DNA of 64,000 nt from Candidatus Cloacimonadales bacterium (GTDB lineage: Bacteria; Cloacimonadota; Cloacimonadia; Cloacimonadales; JAFGVF01): the NCBI GenBank assembly GCA_963667035.1, contig OY762964.1, positions 2,784,001 to 2,848,000 on the forward strand, read 5' to 3'. This document shows, piece by piece, positions 9,809 to 18,217 of the stretch. Below the pieces are notes generated by a model. That model was not told the origin of the DNA. It worked only from the letters and a program-made list of their open reading frames with translations, and searched no databases. The first letter of the stretch is position 1. Every line of letters begins with the position of its first letter. The position numbers were made by a program, and so were the translations under genes.

Positions 9809-12800
9809 CTACTTTGCAACCGTTATTGTGTTTAGATGAACTTTGCCATTAACTTTTACCTGACACAGATAGATTCCCGGAGAAACTAATTTCCCACTTT
9901 GATTTACTCCTTCCCAAACTGCTGATTTGCAGTTATAAGTCTGATTAGTTTCAGGATTTATATAATTGTATGTGCTACAGGATAACTTCTTAACCTTCTT
10001 ACCACTACGATTAAAAACTATACAATCAACCTTATCATTCTGAGAATCAACCGGGATTATTATGCGAGCCTGATCGTTGTAACCATCCCAATTAGGAGTT
10101 ATTATATCCGGTATTACTGTTACTCTATCAATATCAGTATTTTTAAAAATGTTTATCGAGAACTGAGCCTCAGCTCCTAATGGTTCAGGCTTTGATTTAT
10201 CATGGGCCGCAATATCAATACTTAATTGTTGTCCCTCATAGTAATAGTTATCAATTATATAAGTTAACAGATAGCCTAAAGAATCAGGATTTGAATTATA
10301 AGTAGAATTATCAAGATTAAAACTGTTTATGTCTCGGTTGTTAATTTTAAGACTAATCGAGGTTGAGTCTATTCCAGTTCCTTTATCTAGGATAGCTATT
10401 TCTAAAGACTCATTAATCTTAATTTCGCTTTCAGGATATTTAAGTATAAAATATGGTTCAAACTCATCCTCTATTAAGTTAAAACTATACTTATCTTCAA
10501 GAAGATTACCTATATTATCAGCAATAGAATATGAGACTTCAACGGTTTCAGCCCCATTCAAATCATCTGTAATATAGCGTATTTTACACCCATTGTCTGA
10601 TAACTCTGTATAAAAATCAAAAATCGGTGTACTATTGATGTTGAAGGAAATGTTGTTTGGATTAACACCGGAAAGGTCATCGTAAAAGTGGAGATATATA
10701 AGAGAGAAAGGATATCCAAACTCTCCTTCGGCAGGATTAGACATTACAAGATAAGGAGGATCAATATCATTGATTGTAGTAAAGTGGTAATTAATGCTAG
10801 CTTCATTATGATTTGAAGAGTTGTCTATAGCATAAATCTGAATATTGACTGTCTGATTATAATTGAATTTTGATTCCGGTGTGTAGAGAATGGAGTAACC
10901 TGTTGCTTCATTTTCTATAACTTCCTCAATCAGATAATCCTCAATCTGTTGATTATTGATATTAAATAGGATGGAGTTTGGATTTACTCCTGTTTCTGTA
11001 TCCATGATTCTGAAAGATATAGAAGTATCAATAGGTATTCCAATGCTTTGTTGAGCAGGATTAAAGCTTTCAAAATACGGTGGAATCATATCATCATCTG
11101 CAACTACAAAACTAAAATTATAATTAGAGAGTGAATTAGGTATCGGAGCAAGGTCGGAAACAGAAACAACTATTGTGACAGTTTCACCATATTCATACGG
11201 CTCATGATTCCATGTAATCCTATAATTACTTTCATTTTCTATTTGCTCTGTTACAGGTATAATCTCAACGTTATTCTCATGAATAACTAAAGAATTAATA
11301 TCCACACCTAATCCTGAATCATGAATCTCAAATGACACATTCTCTGTTGCCGGAACTCCAATATCATTATTCTCCGGATGTAAGTTGCTAAGAAACGGTG
11401 GTTCAATATCAGGTATTACTCTAAAAGAGTATGAAGTATCCATAGAATTGGGAACAGAAGCCAAGTCTTCACAAATAACTCTTACTGTAACCCATTGGTT
11501 GAAATCAAAATTGACACTTGATGTGTATAGAACATCGACTTGCTCTATGGTTTCATTAACTATTATGTACTCGGTAATATCATTTTCATTTATATATAAT
11601 CTAACGGATTTAGGATTGACACCGGTTAACTCGTCTTTCAAAGATAAGGTAATATCTGTATTAGGCAATACGTTTAACTCTTGGTCTGCCGGTGATGTTG
11701 AAGAAATGTATGGTGTTCCCAAATCTTGAATACAGGTAAAAGTGTATTCTTCCATATTCATAACATTTGCAGGTATATTATAATCTGATGCATTAATTTG
11801 TACTGTGACAATATTGCTATAATAGTTCTCAGGAGTATGAGAGATTCTATATCCATTTGTGATTTCATCTACCTTTGTTGAGTTCAATCCAATAATCTCT
11901 ACTCCATTAATTCTAATAGAGACGGTTTCTAAATCAATTCCTGAAAGAGTATCAATAATATCTACACTAAATGATGTGTTTTCAGGATTGTCCATACTGA
12001 ACTTCTCCGGATGATGATTCATAGTATAAGGAGGTTCCAGATCAGCTTCTACAGTAAATACGGAAAGAGTATCGATTGAATTTTTTAATGCAGACCTGTC
12101 TTCAATATAAAAGTGTATTAAATGTTCTCCAATCTCAAATATATTATCTGGCATTGGATTCCATGATAATCTTATTCCTTTATCACTCTGAATAGGTATT
12201 ATCTCAGTTTCATTGATAATTGAATTGTTATCAAGCTCTAGGATTAGGGAATCTATATTCAAGCCTGATTCATAATCGACAATCTCTATGGTGACGGGAT
12301 GATTTCTTGCAATTACTTCCTCATAGGTTGGATCAATATACAAAATAACTGGAGATGAAATATCCTCTAAACATTGAAAAGAGTAAGCAAAAGTACTCAT
12401 AGCATTCGGACTTTCAGCAAAATCAGAAGCACTAATTAAAACATTTACCGTTTGTTCATAAGCGAAGTTTGCTGAGGGATTGATTTCGATAAAGTAATCG
12501 TTAGGAGTTCCATAATAAGAAAATTCAGAATCATCCTGAGTATAAATATTCCCATCAATATTGACTTTGATAGTAGATAAATCTACTCCTTCACCTAAAT
12601 CTAAAATATGGAATGATATATTTGTATCTACACTTACGTCAGTATCTCCCGGAGCCGGATTCCATGTACTAGTATAAGGAGGATCCGTATCCTGACGAGT
12701 AAAAAAACGATAAGCTGTTGTAGGAATTGTGAAGCCATCATTATCATTCGCTACAACAGAGACATCAATAACTTGATTGTAACCAAAGAATTCTTCAGGA

Positions 12801-14470
12801 TTTATAGCAATTCTATAACTATTTAGAGCTCCTGAGTAAGTGAGATTAGGAGAGTTTATGTCATAGATTGTTCCTGCAATGACTACTCTTATTGAGTTGA
12901 TATCTATCTCTTCATCATCTGTTAATGAAAATGATACTGGCTGAGCAATATCTACATCACTAGCTCCATTTGATGGAGTTGGATTGCTAAAGTAGGGAAT
13001 CCCTCCAAGTATTGTTGTGGCACTTCCAAAGTTATTATATCCTTGAGGTGCAGCAATAGTGATGTCCATCTTGTCATCATTATTAAAGTCATGAACTACA
13101 AAATCAGAACCAAGCCTATCATCTACAGAGTTTCCAATTATCCTCATATCAGGATTACTATCTTCTATGTTAATGTTTATAGGAGGATTGTCTTGACCAT
13201 AAAGAATATCAACTTTACCACTTCCAATACCATTTATTGTTGTTGCCCCAGAAGTTCCGATTATTAAATCTTGAATTTGGTCTCCTGATAAGTCTTTAAT
13301 TAACAAAGTACTTCCAAAATTATCATCAGTTTCTTCTGCCGTTATAACCATATTGGCATTATTCTGATTCAATTCAATACTTGAGGGTAGAGAGTTACTA
13401 CCAAACAACAGATAGATTCTACCCCGTTCCAGATCTGTAGAAAAATCCGTGATTACTAAATCATCGTTGTTATCATGGTTATAATCTCCACAAGCCATTG
13501 AATTCCCAAAACGGGAATTCTGCTCTCGTGCCTTTATCGTTAGATTAACATAATTGGAATTACCAAGTGATATCTCTTGGTATGGCATACTGGTTCTACC
13601 ATAAACAACATATATAGCACCACTATTATTGTATATACCATTATCATAACCCGGAGCAGATACTAAAAGATCATTAAATAAATCATTGTTTATATTACCG
13701 CTAGAAAAAGAAAATGAGGAATTGTCATTAGAGTTTAAACCTAGAAATACAGTTATGTTATCCAACTCATTAATAGTACTTTGTTGAGGATAAGTGGAAT
13801 TGCTCCACAGAATATAAGTCTTTCCGCAATTATTTGCTACATTACTATCAGCAGTCGGAGCACCAATAATTATTTCGGATTGTGAGTCATTATTTATATC
13901 TGTTAGTATTAGACTTGAGCCAATTAAGTCATTTTGAGAAGAGCCGATAAAAGTTTGAGTTTCGTATTCAGCCAAATCAATAAGTGAAGGAAGTTGATTA
14001 CTTCCCTTTATAACATAGACTTTTCCAGTTTGGTCCAGTATATCAGTGCCTGCATAAGGTGCTCCAATAACCAGGTCTGAATATATATCCGAATCAATGA
14101 GGCCGGAATCTATTGATTTTCCCAATTGATCGTTGTTTTCTGCTCCGACTATAGTTACATCTGCATTTGAGATTGATAGATTAATGTATTCGTAATTAGG
14201 AATTGATTCATTACCAAAAAAAATGTAAACAGCACCGGCTGAATTCCTTCCTTGAAAATCAGAAAAAGGAGCAGAGCATATCAAGTCGCTTATTCCATCA
14301 CCATTAATATCACCACTACAAATATCGTAAGAAAAGAAATCAAAGGCTGTGTCTCCAGATACGCAATGGTTACCATTCCATTGTGATAAGTCATAATTTA
14401 CAAATGAATCCAAATCAAGTAAAGCTATGAATACGATAAATATAAGTGCGTAAACTTTTTTTGTGCTCAT
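9809..14470 (-). CDS. Large surface protein: FG-GAP (integrin-alpha-like) beta-propeller, about 8 tandem Ig-like repeats, type-B (CHU_C/gliding-motility-type) C-terminal sorting domain
   Basis: Seven FG...GDxNxDxxxDLxxxAP...GxVYxxxG repeats; ~110-aa repeats D.xPPY...P...ISFxIxD..xGV; C-terminus IITPNWDGYND...VFNRSGKKV...WEGVNQSGKLVSPGIY. Confidence 0.85.
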   Translation of the reverse strand: MSTKKVYALIFIVFIALLDLDSFVNYDLSQWNGNHCVSGDTAFDFFSYDICSGDINGDGISDLICSAPFSDFQGRNSAGAVYIFFGNESIPNYEYINLSISNADVTIVGAENNDQLGKSIDSGLIDSDIYSDLVIGAPYAGTDILDQTGKVYVIKGSNQLPSLIDLAEYETQTFIGSSQNDLIGSSLILTDINNDSQSEIIIGAPTADSNVANNCGKTYILWSNSTYPQQSTINELDNITVFLGLNSNDNSSFSFSSGNINNDLFNDLLVSAPGYDNGIYNNSGAIYVVYGRTSMPYQEISLGNSNYVNLTIKAREQNSRFGNSMACGDYNHDNNDDLVITDFSTDLERGRIYLLFGSNSLPSSIELNQNNANMVITAEETDDNFGSTLLIKDLSGDQIQDLIIGTSGATTINGIGSGKVDILYGQDNPPININIEDSNPDMRIIGNSVDDRLGSDFVVHDFNNDDKMDITIAAPQGYNNFGSATTILGGIPYFSNPTPSNGASDVDIAQPVSFSLTDDEEIDINSIRVVIAGTIYDINSPNLTYSGALNSYRIAINPEEFFGYNQVIDVSVVANDNDGFTIPTTAYRFFTRQDTDPPYTSTWNPAPGDTDVSVDTNISFHILDLGEGVDLSTIKVNIDGNIYTQDDSEFSYYGTPNDYFIEINPSANFAYEQTVNVLISASDFAESPNAMSTFAYSFQCLEDISSPVILYIDPTYEEVIARNHPVTIEIVDYESGLNIDSLILELDNNSIINETEIIPIQSDKGIRLSWNPMPDNIFEIGEHLIHFYIEDRSALKNSIDTLSVFTVEADLEPPYTMNHHPEKFSMDNPENTSFSVDIIDTLSGIDLETVSIRINGVEIIGLNSTKVDEITNGYRISHTPENYYSNIVTVQINASDYNIPANVMNMEEYTFTCIQDLGTPYISSTSPADQELNVLPNTDITLSLKDELTGVNPKSVRLYINENDITEYIIVNETIEQVDVLYTSSVNFDFNQWVTVRVICEDLASVPNSMDTSYSFRVIPDIEPPFLSNLHPENNDIGVPATENVSFEIHDSGLGVDINSLVIHENNVEIIPVTEQIENESNYRITWNHEPYEYGETVTIVVSVSDLAPIPNSLSNYNFSFVVADDDMIPPYFESFNPAQQSIGIPIDTSISFRIMDTETGVNPNSILFNINNQQIEDYLIEEVIENEATGYSILYTPESKFNYNQTVNIQIYAIDNSSNHNEASINYHFTTINDIDPPYLVMSNPAEGEFGYPFSLIYLHFYDDLSGVNPNNISFNINSTPIFDFYTELSDNGCKIRYITDDLNGAETVEVSYSIADNIGNLLEDKYSFNLIEDEFEPYFILKYPESEIKINESLEIAILDKGTGIDSTSISLKINNRDINSFNLDNSTYNSNPDSLGYLLTYIIDNYYYEGQQLSIDIAAHDKSKPEPLGAEAQFSINIFKNTDIDRVTVIPDIITPNWDGYNDQARIIIPVDSQNDKVDCIVFNRSGKKVKKLSCSTYNYINPETNQTYNCKSAVWEGVNQSGKLVSPGIYLCQVKVNGKVHLNTITVAK

Positions 14471-14595
14471 GATAACTCCTTAAAAACGACTTTAATAAGT
14501 CCTGGAATGCATAAAGTCAAACAAAAAAAATATTAATTTTTTACTTGCCACATAAAAGAGAATTGAATTTAATCCAATTATCTTGGGAGGATTGG
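14471..14595. promoter_or_regulatory. Back-to-back sigma70-type promoters shared by the adhesin arm and the motor arm
   Basis: Plus strand TTGCCA(14545)-17 bp-TTTAAT(14568); minus strand TTGACT(14520)-17 bp-TATTAA; symmetric A/T tract between the -35 elements. Confidence 0.5.
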
Positions 14596-15975
14596 ATGAT
14601 AAGGAAAACTGTTATTTACTTGTTGATTATCTCTGTGCTCTGTTGTGTCGTTGAGTTATATTCAGAAACAACAAGCTCTTTAGCAGAGTTAAAAGCTGAA
14701 ACTGAACTTGCAAAACGCATTGAAGACCTAGTGAAACCATTTACTGAAAAAGTTATTGTTGGAGTTGATCTTGATTTAAGATATAATCTATTTGAGACTA
14801 ACACTTCAGATTTCAAGTTCGATCCCAATATGAGCCTACCCGGTTTACCGGTAGGTAAAACAGATAATAGAATAGTTGAGAATGATCTTGAAGATGTAGT
14901 ACCAACTGAAATATTAAGAAAGAAAATTAGTATTAAAGTTCCATTAGATACTTCCAAAGAAGTAATCGAATTTCTCAATCAAGAAATACATAATATTATT
15001 ACAATAGATGAGAATAAAGGGGATATATTGCAGATAACCCCTGAATCTAATCTAACCAAGTATATCCGTTCAAAGAATAACAGGTTACAGACTTACTTTT
15101 TTCTCACCTTAATTGCAGTTATGATTTTAATGCTGAATAATATACGTAGCGGTATGAGAATAATTGCCAAGTCAATGAGAAAAATCAAAATCACTAACCT
15201 TGAAGTTCTAAATAAATCAAAAACACCGGAGATAATTAATAATAGTACTTCTGAACAAACTCATCCCAGAATTCCTCTTGAACCTATAAAAGTAAAAGTT
15301 CTTCAAGATGAAGAAGAAGATTTGATGCCAACGAGATTCGATTTCTTAGAAGATCTTTCGGATGCTAACTTGTTAGAAGTTTTAAGAGAAGAGAATCCCG
15401 AGGATATAGCATTTATTGTTTCTCAAATCTCTCCAGAAAAAGCAGGAGCTGTTTTCCAGAATCTAAAAGAGAATAAAGAACAAGTAATAAATGCAATGTT
15501 AGAAAATCAATCAAAGCTGAAGCTAGACCTTAAAATCCTAGTTGTTAATTTATATAATAAGTATCTGGAAATTATGGAGAAAGAAGCAATTCAGTTAGAG
15601 GGTGTAGGTCTACTCGCAAAAATAATAAACAGTTCGGATTATGAGAGTTCTAACATTCTATATGAATCCATAAATAATCTTGATAAAGATAAGGCTAAAG
15701 AGATTGCGAAAAAGATATTCTTATTGGATGATGTCTTATTGCTGTCTAATATTCAAATTGAACAGATTTCTCTTGAATTTACTCATCTAGAGTTAGTTAA
15801 ATTCTTAGCCTGTGTGAATACAAGAATAAAGAACAAATTCTTCTCTCAACTTTCGGAAAGAGCAACAATGATTTTTAAAGAGGACATAGAATCTCTAGGT
15901 AAGCTTTCGGAAGGAGAAAAGAGAGTTATATTGAATCACTCATTGAGAAAAATTCGTAATATTCTAAATTTCTAA
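14596..15975 (+). CDS. FliF(RBM3-like ring domain)-TM-FliG(middle + C-terminal) fusion protein
   Basis: ATG 14596 with GGAGG SD; FliF-like ELAKRIEDLVKPF..VIVGVDLDL, LPGLP and IDENKGDILQI; TM; FliG-like RFDFLEDL...EENPEDIAFIVSQI, KKIFLLDD and SQLSERATMIFKEDIESLG. Confidence 0.75.
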   Translation: MIRKTVIYLLIISVLCCVVELYSETTSSLAELKAETELAKRIEDLVKPFTEKVIVGVDLDLRYNLFETNTSDFKFDPNMSLPGLPVGKTDNRIVENDLEDVVPTEILRKKISIKVPLDTSKEVIEFLNQEIHNIITIDENKGDILQITPESNLTKYIRSKNNRLQTYFFLTLIAVMILMLNNIRSGMRIIAKSMRKIKITNLEVLNKSKTPEIINNSTSEQTHPRIPLEPIKVKVLQDEEEDLMPTRFDFLEDLSDANLLEVLREENPEDIAFIVSQISPEKAGAVFQNLKENKEQVINAMLENQSKLKLDLKILVVNLYNKYLEIMEKEAIQLEGVGLLAKIINSSDYESSNILYESINNLDKDKAKEIAKKIFLLDDVLLLSNIQIEQISLEFTHLELVKFLACVNTRIKNKFFSQLSERATMIFKEDIESLGKLSEGEKRVILNHSLRKIRNILNF

Positions 15976-15985
15976 AAGGTTTTTT

Positions 15986-16723
15986 ATGAAAATAAGTACA
16001 CTATTAGGTATAGTTTTAAGTATAGTGATTATTGTTTTTGCCATTAATGCAAAAGGTAGTTTAGTAGAATACTTTGATCCAATAGCTTTGATGGTAACAT
16101 TAGGGGGAACTGTTTCAGCTCTTTTGGCAACTTACTCGTTTTCTAGCCTTAAAGATGCAATAGAATCGTTGAAAGTAGTTTATTTTACACCGCCCATACC
16201 GCATGACGATATGGTCGAGATAATGATTGGAGTGAGTAAGGATTCTCGTTCATTAAGTTTTATGGAAATTCAAAGCTATGAAGAAGTGCAAAATATCCCA
16301 TTTCTTAAAACAACTATTACAATGTTAGCTGATAATCTTCCCAAAGACAAAATTACTGATTTTCTTGAGTCTGAAAGTAGATCAATACTTAGAAGAAGAA
16401 TTCGTTCAGCTAAGATATTCGGAGTTGCTGGAAATCTGTCACCAATGTTTGGTATGATTGGTACAGTAATTGGACTAATAGCTATGCTTGGCAATATGAG
16501 TGATCCTTCTGTTGTCCCTAGAGCTATGAGTCTTGCTCTCGTTACAACTCTATATGGATTAATTCTATCTGTGATAATTTTTAGACCAATAGCAGGTAAG
16601 ATATCTTCAGGAGCAGAATATGACTATATCAACAGAGAAATCATTATTCAAGGTATCTCAGGAATTATTGAAAAACGCAACTCGGAGATAATTAAGACTG
16701 AGTTGACTAAAATTTATGCATAA
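15986..16723 (+). CDS. motA: Stator A subunit (MotA/PomA family)
   Basis: Four TMs; FDPIALMVTLGGT, PFLK, SPMFGMIGTVIGLIAML, AMSLALVTTLYG and PIAGKI. Confidence 0.9.
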   Translation: MKISTLLGIVLSIVIIVFAINAKGSLVEYFDPIALMVTLGGTVSALLATYSFSSLKDAIESLKVVYFTPPIPHDDMVEIMIGVSKDSRSLSFMEIQSYEEVQNIPFLKTTITMLADNLPKDKITDFLESESRSILRRRIRSAKIFGVAGNLSPMFGMIGTVIGLIAMLGNMSDPSVVPRAMSLALVTTLYGLILSVIIFRPIAGKISSGAEYDYINREIIIQGISGIIEKRNSEIIKTELTKIYA

Positions 16724-17372
16724 TAAAGACAACAATAAAGTTAATCAAGTTTTGTCTGATATCGAGGATAGCCTCATAAATACTCCAGACAATGATTTCT
16801 CAGGATTTTATTCAGCTTTAGTTCCTTATGCTGATATGATGACTTTACTACTCATTTTCTTCGTTTTCTATTTTGTCATAGGAGATACAGAAACAGGGTG
16901 GAAGGCTATTGCCGAGATACAAAAGAAGAAACTTAATAACAATATCCAATCAGAATCCATAGCAGAAACTGAGATGTATGAAGGTGATATTAGCGAAAAG
17001 GTAATATCAATACCGGGGAATATCCTCTTTGAATCTGGTGAGGCAAACCTTAGATGGTTGTCTCAAGATACACTTATTAAAATTGCTATGGATATAAAGA
17101 AGATCGTTAAAGACGATGATAGCTGGCAAATTCGTATAGAAGGACACACAGACAATGTTCCTATTGCCAATAATAAATATGCTTCAAACTGGGAGCTTTC
17201 TACAGCAAGAGCTTTGAGCATTGTGAAGTTTTTTATTAGAAATGGCTACTTTACTGCAGATCAACTACAGATTATGGGGTATGGAGAATTCAAACCTCTA
17301 GTACCAAATGATACAGAAGAGAATCGAAATAGAAACAGACGCGTTGAGATTAAAATCAGTCAGAAAAGATAG
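16716..17372 (+). CDS. motB: Stator B subunit (MotB/PomB family) with OmpA-like peptidoglycan-binding domain
   Basis: TM PYADMMTLLLIFFV with the ion-binding Asp; IEGHTDNVPI, SNWELSTARA, GYGEFKP and NRRVEI. Confidence 0.9.
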   Translation: MHNKDNNKVNQVLSDIEDSLINTPDNDFSGFYSALVPYADMMTLLLIFFVFYFVIGDTETGWKAIAEIQKKKLNNNIQSESIAETEMYEGDISEKVISIPGNILFESGEANLRWLSQDTLIKIAMDIKKIVKDDDSWQIRIEGHTDNVPIANNKYASNWELSTARALSIVKFFIRNGYFTADQLQIMGYGEFKPLVPNDTEENRNRNRRVEIKISQKR

Positions 17373-17380
17373 GAGGGATA

Positions 17381-18217
17381 TTGATAGATTATTATAGTTT
17401 TTGGGATATCAAAGAACCACCTTTTGAAGATAACAATGATCCTAAGTTTTTCTATAAAAGTATAGATCATTATGAAGCACTTGAAAGACTGAAGTATGTA
17501 ATTAACTCAAGAAGCATGAACATTGGACTGCTTAGTGGAGAAATAGGAACCGGAAAAACCATTACAAAAATGGTTTTGATTTCTGAACTTAAGAAACAAA
17601 ACCCACATAATGTTATTGTAAACATTAACTCATCCTTGTTCACTTTTAATGAGATTATTACAGAAATACTCTCTCAAATCATGGATATAGATCCAATAAA
17701 TTTACCAACTAAGAGATACTATTTGTTTAAGAAACTTGAAAGATATATTGAAGACGAGTTATTATACACTAAAGGATTAATTTACATATTTTTAGATGAA
17801 GCTCAGAAGATTACTCCTAAAGACTTGGATTTACTAAAAGATTTAACTAACATTAACTATAATTATTTCTGTCCTGTAAAGCTAATGCTTATTGGACAAC
17901 CGGCTATATTGAGAAATGTGAAAAAACTTCCACAAGTTGATCAAAGAATTGGTATAAGATTTCATCTAAACAATATGAATGAGGAAGATACTAATGCATA
18001 TATTGATTACAGGCTTAAAGTATCCGGATCTCAAAAAAAGATTTTTAGTGATAGTGCCCTATCTTTAGTTTATAAAAAAACTTCAGGAATTCCAAGAGAA
18101 ATTAACAGAGCATGCAAAATTGCAATGGATGTAGCCTCTGCTGAAAAAGAAAGCCTCATATCAGGAGAAGTTATGGAAATGGTTTTTAATGATTTATCTT
18201 ACCATGGAAGAGAATGA
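17381..18217 (+). CDS. ExeA/GspA-family AAA ATPase without a peptidoglycan-binding domain
   Basis: TTG start with AGGAGG SD; PF...DPKFFY...H.EAL; Walker A GEIGTGKT; Walker B FLDEAQ; LIGQP, QRI and GIPREIN. Confidence 0.88.
   Translation: MIDYYSFWDIKEPPFEDNNDPKFFYKSIDHYEALERLKYVINSRSMNIGLLSGEIGTGKTITKMVLISELKKQNPHNVIVNINSSLFTFNEIITEILSQIMDIDPINLPTKRYYLFKKLERYIEDELLYTKGLIYIFLDEAQKITPKDLDLLKDLTNINYNYFCPVKLMLIGQPAILRNVKKLPQVDQRIGIRFHLNNMNEEDTNAYIDYRLKVSGSQKKIFSDSALSLVYKKTSGIPREINRACKIAMDVASAEKESLISGEVMEMVFNDLSYHGRE

Noticed and set aside
14545..14595. TTG start of the 476-aa ORF
   Set aside because: The TTG is the -35 element; ATG 14596 has a GGAGG SD and gives a normal N-terminal hydrophobic segment
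15986..17372. Zorya (ZorAB) or ExbBD/TolQR assignment for the stator pair
   Set aside because: The A subunit has four TMs and no long ZorA tail, the B subunit has the MotB SNWELS motif, and no ZorC/D/E or TonB is adjacent, whereas a FliG-like gene is
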